Assembly: GCF_000196355.1 (NCBI RefSeq)
Contig: NC_007614.1
Span: forward strand, 2,700,001-2,732,000
From: Nitrosospira multiformis ATCC 25196
GTDB taxonomy: Bacteria; Pseudomonadota; Gammaproteobacteria; Burkholderiales; Nitrosomonadaceae
Direction of reading: 5' to 3'
DNA: 32,000 nucleotides
The notes under the pieces were generated by a model that was given only the letters and a program-made list of their open reading frames with translations, had not been told where the DNA came from and did no database searches. A program made the translations under genes and the position numbers. The first letter of the stretch is position 1. Each line of letters begins with the position of its first letter. This document shows, one piece after another, positions 21,071 through 29,015 of the stretch.

Positions 21071-21300
21071 ACGCTCCTCCTGGATCCGGATAGACGTGTA
21101 AACACGGGGAGCAAGAGAGCTTCAAAGCTGGGCAAGGTAGCCGGGACACCGGTAGCAACATACTCTGTCTCTCCGGTGGGAGCTATATAAGCAGCAGAAC
21201 CTTCACCGATCAGCGGGGAGATTCCCTTCCAAACACGATTCATGATGACCGCGCTTGAGGGTGAGATTGCGATCACTAATGCAGGTAGCCGGAATTTCAT
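21067..21300 (-). CDS. Hypothetical small protein (77 aa) with a possible N-terminal signal peptide
   Basis: Very strong SD AAAGGAGGCAAATC-ATG. The N-terminus MKFRLPALVIAISPSSA is signal-like. It is translationally coupled to the downstream 66-aa ORF. I recognise no family. Confidence 0.5.
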   Translation of the reverse strand: MKFRLPALVIAISPSSAVIMNRVWKGISPLIGEGSAAYIAPTGETEYVATGVPATLPSFEALLLPVFTRLSGSRRSV

Positions 21301-21463
21301 GATTTGCCTCCTTTGAGCAATCCAGTCAATATCATTTGAAACCTTTGTCAGCTTGTACAGGCTACCTGCGACAGATGGCAGTACGATGAAAGTTTTATGA
21401 AGTATTAAATTCCTCGAAAGCCTTTGCCCCCTTCCCCTGTTCTATCGGCAGTCCATCCGTATT

Positions 21464-21913
21464 TCATCCCCTTCCCGAATACTCAAACGTAACCGGCTCG
21501 AATGGAAGTCGCTGGCAATCGTCCTGCATCAATGCGGCAGTTTCTCCCAAGGCGATTTCACGCAGTCTGCACCGCATGGTCAGAACACCATTACCCGACT
21601 CGAATACACCGCAGGTATGCATCGTGCTGCAAGCCGATTCGTTCTCTGAAGCCGCGTCTGGTCCGACGTTATTCATGACCGCTACCGGCAAATGAGGATA
21701 GCGCCGTCTGGCTTCCCGCACCCATTGCACCAGGTTCACCTGCTGGGTGCAATCGTCTACTGCGCCGTCGACCAGGACCATGTCATAGGCCTCGAGGTCC
21801 GGCTCCGGGAAGCTGTCCAGTGTTTTTCGCTCCAGCCTGTGCTTGGATTTTTCAAGCAGCAGTTGCAGGAGCTGGCGGGTATCTTGTCTCTCTCCAACCA
21901 GTAGAATATTCAT
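21464..21913 (-). CDS. Hypothetical protein with a degenerate receiver (CheY-like) N-terminal half and a Cys-containing C-terminal tail
   Basis: The start ATG 21913 overlaps the luxI stop (ATGA) and is preceded by AAGGAAGG. The beta-alpha pattern is NILLVGERQD / YDMVLVDGAVDD / LPVAVMNN. It keeps one candidate Asp but lacks the DD pair, the T/S and the K of true receivers. The ORF-track start at 21991 lies inside luxI. Confidence 0.6.
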   Translation of the reverse strand: MNILLVGERQDTRQLLQLLLEKSKHRLERKTLDSFPEPDLEAYDMVLVDGAVDDCTQQVNLVQWVREARRRYPHLPVAVMNNVGPDAASENESACSTMHTCGVFESGNGVLTMRCRLREIALGETAALMQDDCQRLPFEPVTFEYSGRG

Positions 21914-22533
21914 GCGGCCTTCCTTTGCGCGTTTTCCGGGAGTATCCCAAAAAGGGCGAATTCGGTGATTGCATCGATTTCGATATAGCATGCGACCGTC
22001 AAAACCCGCCCGATTTTGACCGGTGCCCCCAACCTGGAAACGTTCACGCCAAGCTTGCGTATCAGTCTCTCCACTGCGACGGTGGTAACGGTTACATAGC
22101 GCTTTATCTTGTTGTGGCGCGCGAAGAGAAAAAGGGTTTGCATCATTTTTACCGGAATCTCGCTAAAACCGAAACCGGCACTCTCATATTTGGGGACCAT
22201 GACGGCAAAACGGCTCAATTCCCAGACATCCGATTGCTGCGGCGCGGGCTGTCCGTGCAGAAGTTGCGGAAAAGTATCCTTCAACATGTAGGGTCCCTGG
22301 GTGGGAAGCAGTCGCCAGCAACCGAGCACCTCGTCTTCATCCCCCTCATCCCCTTTTGCCAGAACATATACGGGATCTGCCAGATCGAACTCGTCATGCT
22401 CCATCCCGTTATCCGTGGTTACTTCCCAGCCGAGCCTGTCGTGAAAAACTTCGTGCCTCAGCCGATACATTCCCATTGCGGCCCGTTTATCGAGAGAACC
22501 ATTGCCATGTTGTGCAAGCATAATCTGTCCCAT
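21910..22533 (-). CDS. luxI: Acyl-homoserine-lactone synthase (LuxI family)
   Basis: 207 aa with LuxI-family hallmarks: MYRLRHEVFHDRLGWEV (compare LuxI KLRKKTFSDRLGWEV), CWRLLPT, and WELSRFAV. There is a lux-box palindrome about 70 bp upstream. Confidence 0.9.
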   Translation of the reverse strand: MGQIMLAQHGNGSLDKRAAMGMYRLRHEVFHDRLGWEVTTDNGMEHDEFDLADPVYVLAKGDEGDEDEVLGCWRLLPTQGPYMLKDTFPQLLHGQPAPQQSDVWELSRFAVMVPKYESAGFGFSEIPVKMMQTLFLFARHNKIKRYVTVTTVAVERLIRKLGVNVSRLGAPVKIGRVLTVACYIEIDAITEFALFGILPENAQRKAA

Positions 22534-22593
22534 TTTTTCACTCGTCGTTGGTTGATGACGACGTTATGAAACAACGGAACCGGATCTCCGAAT

Positions 22594-22613
22594 AGCTGTA
22601 AAATCTTACAGGA
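22594..22613 (-). promoter_or_regulatory. lux-box-like LuxR-type operator upstream of luxI
   Basis: AGCTGTAAAATCTTACAGGA contains a perfect inverted repeat CTGTAA-N4-TTACAG (22596-22611), i.e. the CTG-N10-CAG architecture. Compare the V. fischeri lux box ACCTGTAGGATCGTACAGGT. Its centre is about 70 bp from the luxI ATG. Confidence 0.65.
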
Positions 22614-23215
22614 CCAGACGGGGTATACTGGCTGCAATCCTTTCCTGACGCGGGTTTCGGCGGGTAGGAGAGAATGCGTGCAGAGCAGGTTTTTTACGGA
22701 AAAACGAGCAGAAAATGCAGCATTCTGTCGCGGTGGCCGTGCGAGTCCACCCCCCCTCAATGGCTGGGCTGCAATGACAAATCATAAAACGAAACTTTGC
22801 GCGGTCGCGAAGACTGTTCCTCAGCAGGGAAGCAAGAGAAACGGGTATACGGAGGGTGACAGAGGATGGATCTCCCATCTTTCCATCGGTCCGAAGACTG
22901 GATTAGCTGTTATAGAGTACTTGGAGACCCATGCCGATGGCACTCGCCAACGCTTGGGCCGATGGGTACAGCGAGGTCTCTCAGAACCTCGGACCGCATG
23001 TCCGCTCACATCCTCGGGACGTTGTGGTAAGCAGGATGAGACGGGGTGATCTCAGGTTCTGGAGTGAGAATACGGCTGTGCTGGGGAGCCCTCACCGGAA
23101 GCAAGGACTGGCTGAAGGAGTTGTTATAGAAGCATGTTCAAGCGAAAAGATGTTTTTTCCCCAGCAAGGATGATTCCCTGCAGGGGAGCTGAACCTCTTC
23201 TACCATCAGTTGAAA

Positions 23216-25504
23216 TCAGTTGAAATTGAATCGGATGGAACCGAAGGCGCTGAGAGGGTTTCCAGGCAATGCGCCCGCGAATGTCGGATTGGTATAGTAG
23301 GTTTTATCCGTGAGGTTCTTTATGTTGACTGCGAGATCAACTTTTTTGATGCGATAAGATGCGGCTGCGTCAAACACGACATAAGATGGCACCTTGAGAA
23401 GATTCAGCGAGTCGGCATAGGAATCTCCCTTATAGGTGACCCCGAACCCGAACATCAATCCACGGGCCAGGCCGCTCTGTATCTCGTACGTCATCCACAG
23501 ATTGCCCATGGTGGTCGCGACCCCGACGGGCCGAGTTCCAAAGACACTTCTCGTAATGCCAAGCACAGAGTTGGTGGCAACATTGCCTGCTCGTGTTTCC
23601 GGGTCCATCACCACACCATTACCGATGATGCTCCATCCGGCAACTGGACGAAAGCCAAGCGATACCTCCACTCCGCGCGTGCGATCCTTCCCATCCGGAG
23701 TCGGGATGTTGCCGGAACCGGGCAAGGTGACGAAATAATTATTGCGGCTGGATTGAAACAGCGCCACATTGAGATCGGCCTTTCCGTCGAAAAGCATCAT
23801 TTTTGCCCCCACTTCAACCTGATCCGACGTCTCGGGTGCTGTGGAGAGCGCCTGCGGCTCGGTGGACAGATTGATGAAGGCGCCGGTGCTGTAACCTGCG
23901 TAAAATGCCAGATTCTGGGTGGGCTGATACACACCGCCCGTGGAGTAGGTGGTCATGGACTTCGTTTGCACTATTTCACGATATCGGATGGGTGATCCGT
24001 GCGCTGTCGGGTTTGCTCTTTGCAAGCCTTTATCGCTGTATTTCACCAGGTCGTTGCGGATTCCAAGGCGAAGCTTGAACTGCTCGGTCAAGTCGATCTG
24101 GTCCTGGGCATAAAACGAGACTTGGTCACTGCCAATATGGCGGTCAAAAGTCAGGGAACCGCCATTAACTTTAGGGTCGTTCAGTGAAGTTTCCACTACC
24201 GGGTTAAAGATGTTTATGCGGTCCAGAGTGTAAGTCGAGCGGGCCGCGTTGATGTCTACATTCTTGTATTCGAAACCTCCCAGAAAAGTATGCTTGACAG
24301 GCCCCGTGCTCGTTTTCCAAACGAACTCATTTTGCAGGGTGGTGTAACCGGCATTATCGAACTGCTGGTACGCGGTGCGTCCCGTGCTAAACCCGGCCGC
24401 ATTACCCTGATTGCCGCCGGCATTGCGCAATAGCTCGAGCGTTCGCGCATCGTAGACGAACGCGGTGCGCATGCTCAAAGTGTCCGATAGGGTCCAGTGG
24501 TGCGTCAGGCCAAGGCGGTTGATGGTATGGTCTGTCTTGTTGAACCGGCTGTAATAGCGCGTGTCGCGGGATACGTTGGCGATATTAGAGTTAGCATCAA
24601 AGAGTATTCCGTAATTATCGGGCTTGATTTTGAGCTCGCGGTGATCGTAATCGACATGGAGCGTCTTATCGTCCGCCAGTCTCCAGGTGAAGCTGGGGGA
24701 AGCCTCCACAATATTGCGCTCCAGGCCACGAAACCCGTCCGTGTGCTCCATATCCGCGATGAGACGTCCCGCTACATTCGGCAGATAAGGGATGGCACCT
24801 GTCACGTCCACATAGCCGTTGCGTGTACCGAAACTGCCCAGCATGGTGCCTGCGGACAGTCCGAAACTATACCGCGGCTGCTTCGTCACCAGGTTGAGGC
24901 TGCCCCCGGGACCGGCAACTCCGAATAGCGCGGAGCCGGGGCCCTTCAGCACTTCAATACGCTCGATGTCGTACATCGTGCGGAAATAGTTGTTCTGGAG
25001 GTTCCCATCCGGAATATAGTCACGGAAAAAACTGAGCGCCAGGCCGCGCGATGTAAAGCTGTTGGCAAATCCGTAACCACCCCCCATGAGTGGCTGCACG
25101 CTGCTGACATTGCGCATGGCGTCATTCATCTCGATGACACCCTGCTCCTTAAGAGTGGACGCCGGCACGACATTGACTGTCGCAGGGATGTCACGCAAGG
25201 GAGTATCTGTCTTGCTGCCGGTGCGGGCAACGTCCTCGATCGTTCCTGGACGGACCCGCCCGGTAGTCACCTTGATCTCCGGCAGGGTCGCATTTTTTTC
25301 CTTCTCTTTCCCTGCATCTTGAGTCGCCACTGCATCTTGAGCCGTGGCTGCGTCTGGAGACGTCCCACCTTGGGATATCACTGTATCTGGAGATGTCGCT
25401 GCATCTTGAGCGGCTGCAGGCACCGGTATCAATGACCATGAACAAAACAGGGTTATAGGGACCAAAAAACGGGATATGGGCTTGAATCTGGATAACTGTT
25501 TCAC
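23216..25504 (-). CDS. TonB-dependent outer-membrane receptor (siderophore/iron class)
   Basis: 762 aa with a signal peptide and a plug domain (DTPLRDIPATVNVVPASTLKEQG, IERIEVLKGPGSALFG). A long beta-barrel ends in ...GSIRFNFN. Confidence 0.9.
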   Translation of the reverse strand: MKQLSRFKPISRFLVPITLFCSWSLIPVPAAAQDAATSPDTVISQGGTSPDAATAQDAVATQDAGKEKEKNATLPEIKVTTGRVRPGTIEDVARTGSKTDTPLRDIPATVNVVPASTLKEQGVIEMNDAMRNVSSVQPLMGGGYGFANSFTSRGLALSFFRDYIPDGNLQNNYFRTMYDIERIEVLKGPGSALFGVAGPGGSLNLVTKQPRYSFGLSAGTMLGSFGTRNGYVDVTGAIPYLPNVAGRLIADMEHTDGFRGLERNIVEASPSFTWRLADDKTLHVDYDHRELKIKPDNYGILFDANSNIANVSRDTRYYSRFNKTDHTINRLGLTHHWTLSDTLSMRTAFVYDARTLELLRNAGGNQGNAAGFSTGRTAYQQFDNAGYTTLQNEFVWKTSTGPVKHTFLGGFEYKNVDINAARSTYTLDRINIFNPVVETSLNDPKVNGGSLTFDRHIGSDQVSFYAQDQIDLTEQFKLRLGIRNDLVKYSDKGLQRANPTAHGSPIRYREIVQTKSMTTYSTGGVYQPTQNLAFYAGYSTGAFINLSTEPQALSTAPETSDQVEVGAKMMLFDGKADLNVALFQSSRNNYFVTLPGSGNIPTPDGKDRTRGVEVSLGFRPVAGWSIIGNGVVMDPETRAGNVATNSVLGITRSVFGTRPVGVATTMGNLWMTYEIQSGLARGLMFGFGVTYKGDSYADSLNLLKVPSYVVFDAAASYRIKKVDLAVNIKNLTDKTYYTNPTFAGALPGNPLSAFGSIRFNFN

Positions 25505-25596
25505 TTATAGCCTCTTTTAATTTTTTTACTACTGGCTGGCTACAAGCACGAAGGCGTTGGCTGGCTGTGGATTCTTTTTCCCACCGAAACTGGGCG

Positions 25597-25615
25597 GGAA
25601 ATTATAATCAATTGG
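25597..25615 (-). promoter_or_regulatory. Fur-box-like site overlapping a TATAAT -10 upstream of the TonB-dependent receptor
   Basis: GGAAATTATAATCAATTGG matches the 19-bp Fur consensus GATAATGATAATCATTATC at about 12/19 by manual alignment, with the core ATAATCA. On the minus strand a perfect TATAAT (25606-25601) lies about 95 bp before ATG 25504. Confidence 0.35.
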
Positions 25616-25660
25616 ACATTCTTTTATCGAAGTTCAGGGGAACTTTTTCAAAAATAACGA

Positions 25661-26437
25661 TCATCCCAGCGATAGCGTCGTCAACATGAGAATCGCAGCA
25701 GTTGTCAGGGTCGTCCCAATCAACCCGGCTGCCATCAAGCGGGGACCATGCAAGCGGCTCCACAACAGCGTGCCTGTGATGGCCAGCACCAGCAGGCCGC
25801 CTGCCAGCGTATCTGTGAGCAATATCCAGACATTGGACATCCCGCTTCCCTTGTGAAAGTTTGCCAGAGTCGCCCAGACATTGGCCTCTTTCCGCTCGAT
25901 ATGCGTCTCGGCATCTCCTTTCCAGTATTCCGCGGTCACGCTATGATTGGGCGCAAGGAGCGTAATACGCCAGTTTTCCGGCTGTATGACCTGCCCCCCT
26001 CCCCATGGCACCGGTCCCGCCGGTTTTTTCTGCGTGCGCGATTTTGCATCGGGCATTTTGAATTTTTCGCGCAGCCAGGATTCCAGCGCCTCCGGTGACT
26101 CAACGCTGTTGGCAGGCGGAGTGAGTATTTCGCGGGTTTCATGCTGCGCCGCGAGGGGAATTTTCATTTCGCTGCGGTGATTCAGCAGAATCCCGGATAC
26201 CCCGAACAGCAGGCCAAGCGCCGCGCCCCACAATCCCATCCAGGCATGAGTGCGACGCAGCCAGACCAGAAAGCGGCCGCGCTTCATCCCCTGTGATAAA
26301 AAGAGGTAACCGCGTGGCTCCGTCACCACGGGACGCGCCCCCTGGCCTGCAACGTGAGGCTGTCCCATGCTCTGTGCAGTTGCTGAAGTTACAGAAGATT
26401 TGGGTGCTGCTTGCGCGCCGGATTGAACAGTGCTCAT
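25661..26437 (-). CDS. PepSY-associated TM-helix protein (FoxB-like putative ferric-siderophore reductase family)
   Basis: Characteristic RRTHAWMGLWGAALGLLFGVSGILLNH, plus later TM helices and ANFHKGSG. The start ATG overlaps the DUF4198 stop (ATGA 26434-26437). The first ~50 aa are low-complexity, so an internal start (MKRGRF...) is possible. Confidence 0.78.
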   Translation of the reverse strand: MSTVQSGAQAAPKSSVTSATAQSMGQPHVAGQGARPVVTEPRGYLFLSQGMKRGRFLVWLRRTHAWMGLWGAALGLLFGVSGILLNHRSEMKIPLAAQHETREILTPPANSVESPEALESWLREKFKMPDAKSRTQKKPAGPVPWGGGQVIQPENWRITLLAPNHSVTAEYWKGDAETHIERKEANVWATLANFHKGSGMSNVWILLTDTLAGGLLVLAITGTLLWSRLHGPRLMAAGLIGTTLTTAAILMLTTLSLG

Positions 26438-27093
26438 TTGTACAGGCTGCGTGTGATCTTGTGGCTCTCGACCGCGTATGCCTTGCCTTCGAACTCGCCG
26501 GGTTTGTGCATCTCGTATTTCGCTTCGATCACATACAGGCCCGGCTCAAGCAACGAGTAGGTCACCTCCCCTTTCTCATCCGTCTGCAGATGTTTCTCCC
26601 AGCCATTGGGTGCGATGACCACGATTTCGACCTTGGGGACAGGCTTTCCCAAATAGGTCAGGCGCAACGTATTACCGGATTCCTGGATATCGAGCGGCAG
26701 GCTGCCTCCGCTACCGAGGCGCGTATAGAGAAATCTTCTGTAGGTAGGAGACGGAATTTGCCCTTGCGGCTCGCGTATGGATTGCTTAAGCGCCTGCACC
26801 AGTACAGCGCCGTCCTGATCATTACCTGCCGGTATCGCGAAATAATTATTCTCGCGCCTGGCTTCGACAGGCTTTTCAACGCCTTTGGCGTTTACCATCG
26901 TCACCTTCGGTTCGATAATGCTATCGAGCCTGCCCGGCGAAGGCTCACGCAGATTTTCCGCGTATTCACCGAAATAAAGCCGGATTGCTCCGGCTTCTTT
27001 CTCAAGCCACAGCGCATGAGCTGCAACATCCAGGCTGAGCACACAGCCGATAATACCCATACCTGTTGCATGGATAAATTGCGGGAGTTTCAT
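26434..27093 (-). CDS. DUF4198-family periplasmic protein (metal-uptake associated)
   Basis: 219 aa with a signal peptide ending AAHALW. The all-beta sequence has the typical C-terminus GLYVIEAKYE...KITRSLY of DUF4198 / NikK-like proteins. It is classically clustered with PepSY_TM and TonB receptors. Confidence 0.75.
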   Translation of the reverse strand: MKLPQFIHATGMGIIGCVLSLDVAAHALWLEKEAGAIRLYFGEYAENLREPSPGRLDSIIEPKVTMVNAKGVEKPVEARRENNYFAIPAGNDQDGAVLVQALKQSIREPQGQIPSPTYRRFLYTRLGSGGSLPLDIQESGNTLRLTYLGKPVPKVEIVVIAPNGWEKHLQTDEKGEVTYSLLEPGLYVIEAKYEMHKPGEFEGKAYAVESHKITRSLYK

Positions 27094-27163
27094 CGAGCTT
27101 TTCCTTTTCTATTATTTATCAGGGAGTGGAAATGATTGGGCTGTTATAAGTATTTGTTTTCCA

Positions 27164-28162
27164 TTACTTTGCCGGCGCTACGTTCCATCGGGTAGACATC
27201 CCGGCCATCATGTGATCGTCGACGTGGCAGTGCAATAGCCAGTTACCGGGTGAACGCGGAACCATGTCGACCGAGGTCATACTTGCGGGAAGCACTTCCA
27301 CCACATCCGTGCGGCGTCCATGATCGAGTACTGTCTGGGCATGCCAGTGCACGGTATGGTTATCCGTCTCGTTACCGAGTGCCACGACGTGCCAGCGCAC
27401 GCGCTTTCCAATACCTGTATCGTAACCCTTGAGGTTACCGAAAATGCGACCGTTGATGGTGTGCTTCATTCCGCTTTCTTCCCCGTTCTCCTCATTGAAG
27501 ATCATGAACAAGGTGATGAATTCCTGATCCACATCATTCGGCGATGGATCGCGAGTCGATCTTGCCACGCCCTGCCGGGTCACAATGATGGCACCGACCA
27601 GGCCGAGATTCGCTTCTTCCTCTTCCATTACATGCGAGTGATACAGCCAGACGATCGAGGAAGGATCAGTTGGTCCGGGACCGGAAGCCTCATCCACAAC
27701 CCAGGTATAAGTGAAGGACTTCCCCGGCGGCACTGCGGCCCCGATACCTGCTCCCGTGCTGGCGGCATCCGCGCCCTCGCTTTTCTTATCATAAAATACG
27801 CCGTGCGGGTGCATGGAAAGCGCCCGGTCGGTCTTGTTCAGAAAATGAACCTTGAGGGTGTCGCCCACTTCTGCCCGAAGCTGGGGGCCCAGAATTCCTG
27901 CCCACTCCGGCTGCACCAATCGCTCCTTGTAGCGCCCATCCTTGTAGCCAAAATAGCGGTACTTAGGGTATGTCAGCGTTTTGCCCCACACTCCCAATCC
28001 ATCATCTGGCTTGATCAGATTCTTGCCGGACGGCGCATAGTTCCAGGTAACTTTTTCCGCCGCAACCCAGTACTCCCTTTCCGCGGCCATTGCCTGCCCC
28101 ATACCAAAAAGCGCAAGAAGACCAAGCAGCACCATAATCCGGCCAGCATTGCAAATATTCAT
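27164..28162 (-). CDS. Two-domain multicopper oxidase (cupredoxin x2), exported
   Basis: All four copper motifs are present: HPHG, WLYHSHV, HTVHWHA, and HCHVDDHMMAGM (type-1 Cu Cys/His/Met). Signal peptide MNICNAGRIMVLLGLLALFGMGQAMA. The start is uncertain: ATG 28162 is chosen; the ORF track has ATG 28201, and ATG 28135 is also possible. Confidence 0.85.
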   Translation of the reverse strand: MNICNAGRIMVLLGLLALFGMGQAMAAEREYWVAAEKVTWNYAPSGKNLIKPDDGLGVWGKTLTYPKYRYFGYKDGRYKERLVQPEWAGILGPQLRAEVGDTLKVHFLNKTDRALSMHPHGVFYDKKSEGADAASTGAGIGAAVPPGKSFTYTWVVDEASGPGPTDPSSIVWLYHSHVMEEEEANLGLVGAIIVTRQGVARSTRDPSPNDVDQEFITLFMIFNEENGEESGMKHTINGRIFGNLKGYDTGIGKRVRWHVVALGNETDNHTVHWHAQTVLDHGRRTDVVEVLPASMTSVDMVPRSPGNWLLHCHVDDHMMAGMSTRWNVAPAK

Positions 28163-28173
28163 GTTTTTATAAT

Positions 28174-28192
28174 ACGAATGATAATCACTGCA
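28174..28192 (-). promoter_or_regulatory. Fur-box-like site at the 5-prime end of the multicopper oxidase gene
   Basis: ACGAATGATAATCACTGCA matches the Fur consensus at about 12/19 by manual alignment, with an 11-nt contiguous core AATGATAATCA. On the minus strand it is embedded in TTGCAG-N16-TATAAA, a promoter-like arrangement. Confidence 0.55.
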
Positions 28193-28253
28193 AGATATCA
28201 TAAAATCCTGACCCCACCTCCACCGATTTCTACACCGTTAGATCTGAATGTCC

Positions 28254-29015
28254 TTAATAATCCTTGAACTGCCCCTCTTCGGGAGAAGCTGGGCAACGCC
28301 TCTTTGATTGATCGGATCTAGCCGGTGCGGGTGAGGTATACAATCCCGCCAGAGTAGCGATACCTTTACAAAAGGTTGAAAGGTTTGAGCGATCCAACAA
28401 GACGCAGGGCTTGCCGGAACGTCGGCAGTAACGCTTGACGGTGAAAAAAGCGGTATGGTTTACGCAATCCAGGGGGCAGACGACCATGTCTGCCTGGTCC
28501 AACAATACGGGCAAGTGATGTCCCGGTTCCTGAGGCAGGTTTCTGTAGATGACCAGCTTACCCCCGGAAGCCTCCACTACACGGCGATATTCCGGGTACA
28601 GCACGGCGCGCCCCCCCACGCACAGAACGCAGCGCCCCCCGATACCGGATCCCTTGCATGCGCCGTTTCCTTCTTCACCAAAAGCGGGGGAAGGTGATTG
28701 TTCGACAAAAAACGACGCAGGCGGAGCGGACTCCTTGACCAGTGGAAATCTATCCGTTTCGGCGACTTCCAGCCTGGCATGATTTTCGGGGTCGACCCGA
28801 TCGGGTGGGAGTGAATGAACAGGCTTGCTACCAGTCGGCCGCTTGCCGGCAGGTACAGGTTTCGATTTCCCGATCAGAACCGCTGATCGACCCAGTCGCG
28901 CTATCCGCGTCAATCCTGCAGGGGTAAAAAAAGGATTGCTGTCCCGCGCGCTGAAAAATTGCCTGGCAATCTCAACCAGATTTTTTCCGAGCAGCGCTAG
29001 CAATATCTGCGGCAT
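28254..29015 (-). CDS. DUF2325 domain protein (the domain is in the C-terminal ~100 aa); the true start is uncertain
   Basis: The C-terminus GGRCVLCVGGRAVLYPEYRRVVEASGGKLVIYR...MVVCPLDCVNHTAFFTVKRYCRRSGKPCVLLDRSNLSTF fits DUF2325. The ORF is open up to GTG 29279, but that start lies inside the bfr terminator hairpin. The first in-frame ATG is at 29015, with no obvious SD. Confidence 0.55.
   Translation of the reverse strand: MPQILLALLGKNLVEIARQFFSARDSNPFFTPAGLTRIARLGRSAVLIGKSKPVPAGKRPTGSKPVHSLPPDRVDPENHARLEVAETDRFPLVKESAPPASFFVEQSPSPAFGEEGNGACKGSGIGGRCVLCVGGRAVLYPEYRRVVEASGGKLVIYRNLPQEPGHHLPVLLDQADMVVCPLDCVNHTAFFTVKRYCRRSGKPCVLLDRSNLSTFCKGIATLAGLYTSPAPARSDQSKRRCPASPEEGQFKDY

Noticed and set aside
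21067-21145. The C-terminus of the 77-aa ORF (VPATLPSFEALLLPVFTRLSGSRRSV) superficially resembles a PEP-CTERM sorting signal
   Set aside because: It has no PEP motif, the hydrophobic stretch is interrupted by E/T/R, and it is too short and polar for a TM anchor. The resemblance is probably coincidental.
23206-23225. Perfect 10-bp tandem duplication TCAGTTGAAA x2 spanning the TonB-receptor stop codon, with a receptor C-terminus ending in Asn rather than the usual aromatic residue
   Set aside because: The copy number of the unit does not change the encoded C-terminus (...RFNFN* either way). It is most simply a slippage scar with no evident functional consequence.
25300-25420. Short repeats (CTGCATCTTGAG-like DNA; QDAATSPD / QDAVATQDAG peptide) just after the TonB-receptor signal peptide
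   Set aside because: This is a small low-complexity linker before the plug domain, common in such receptors, and not a separate feature.
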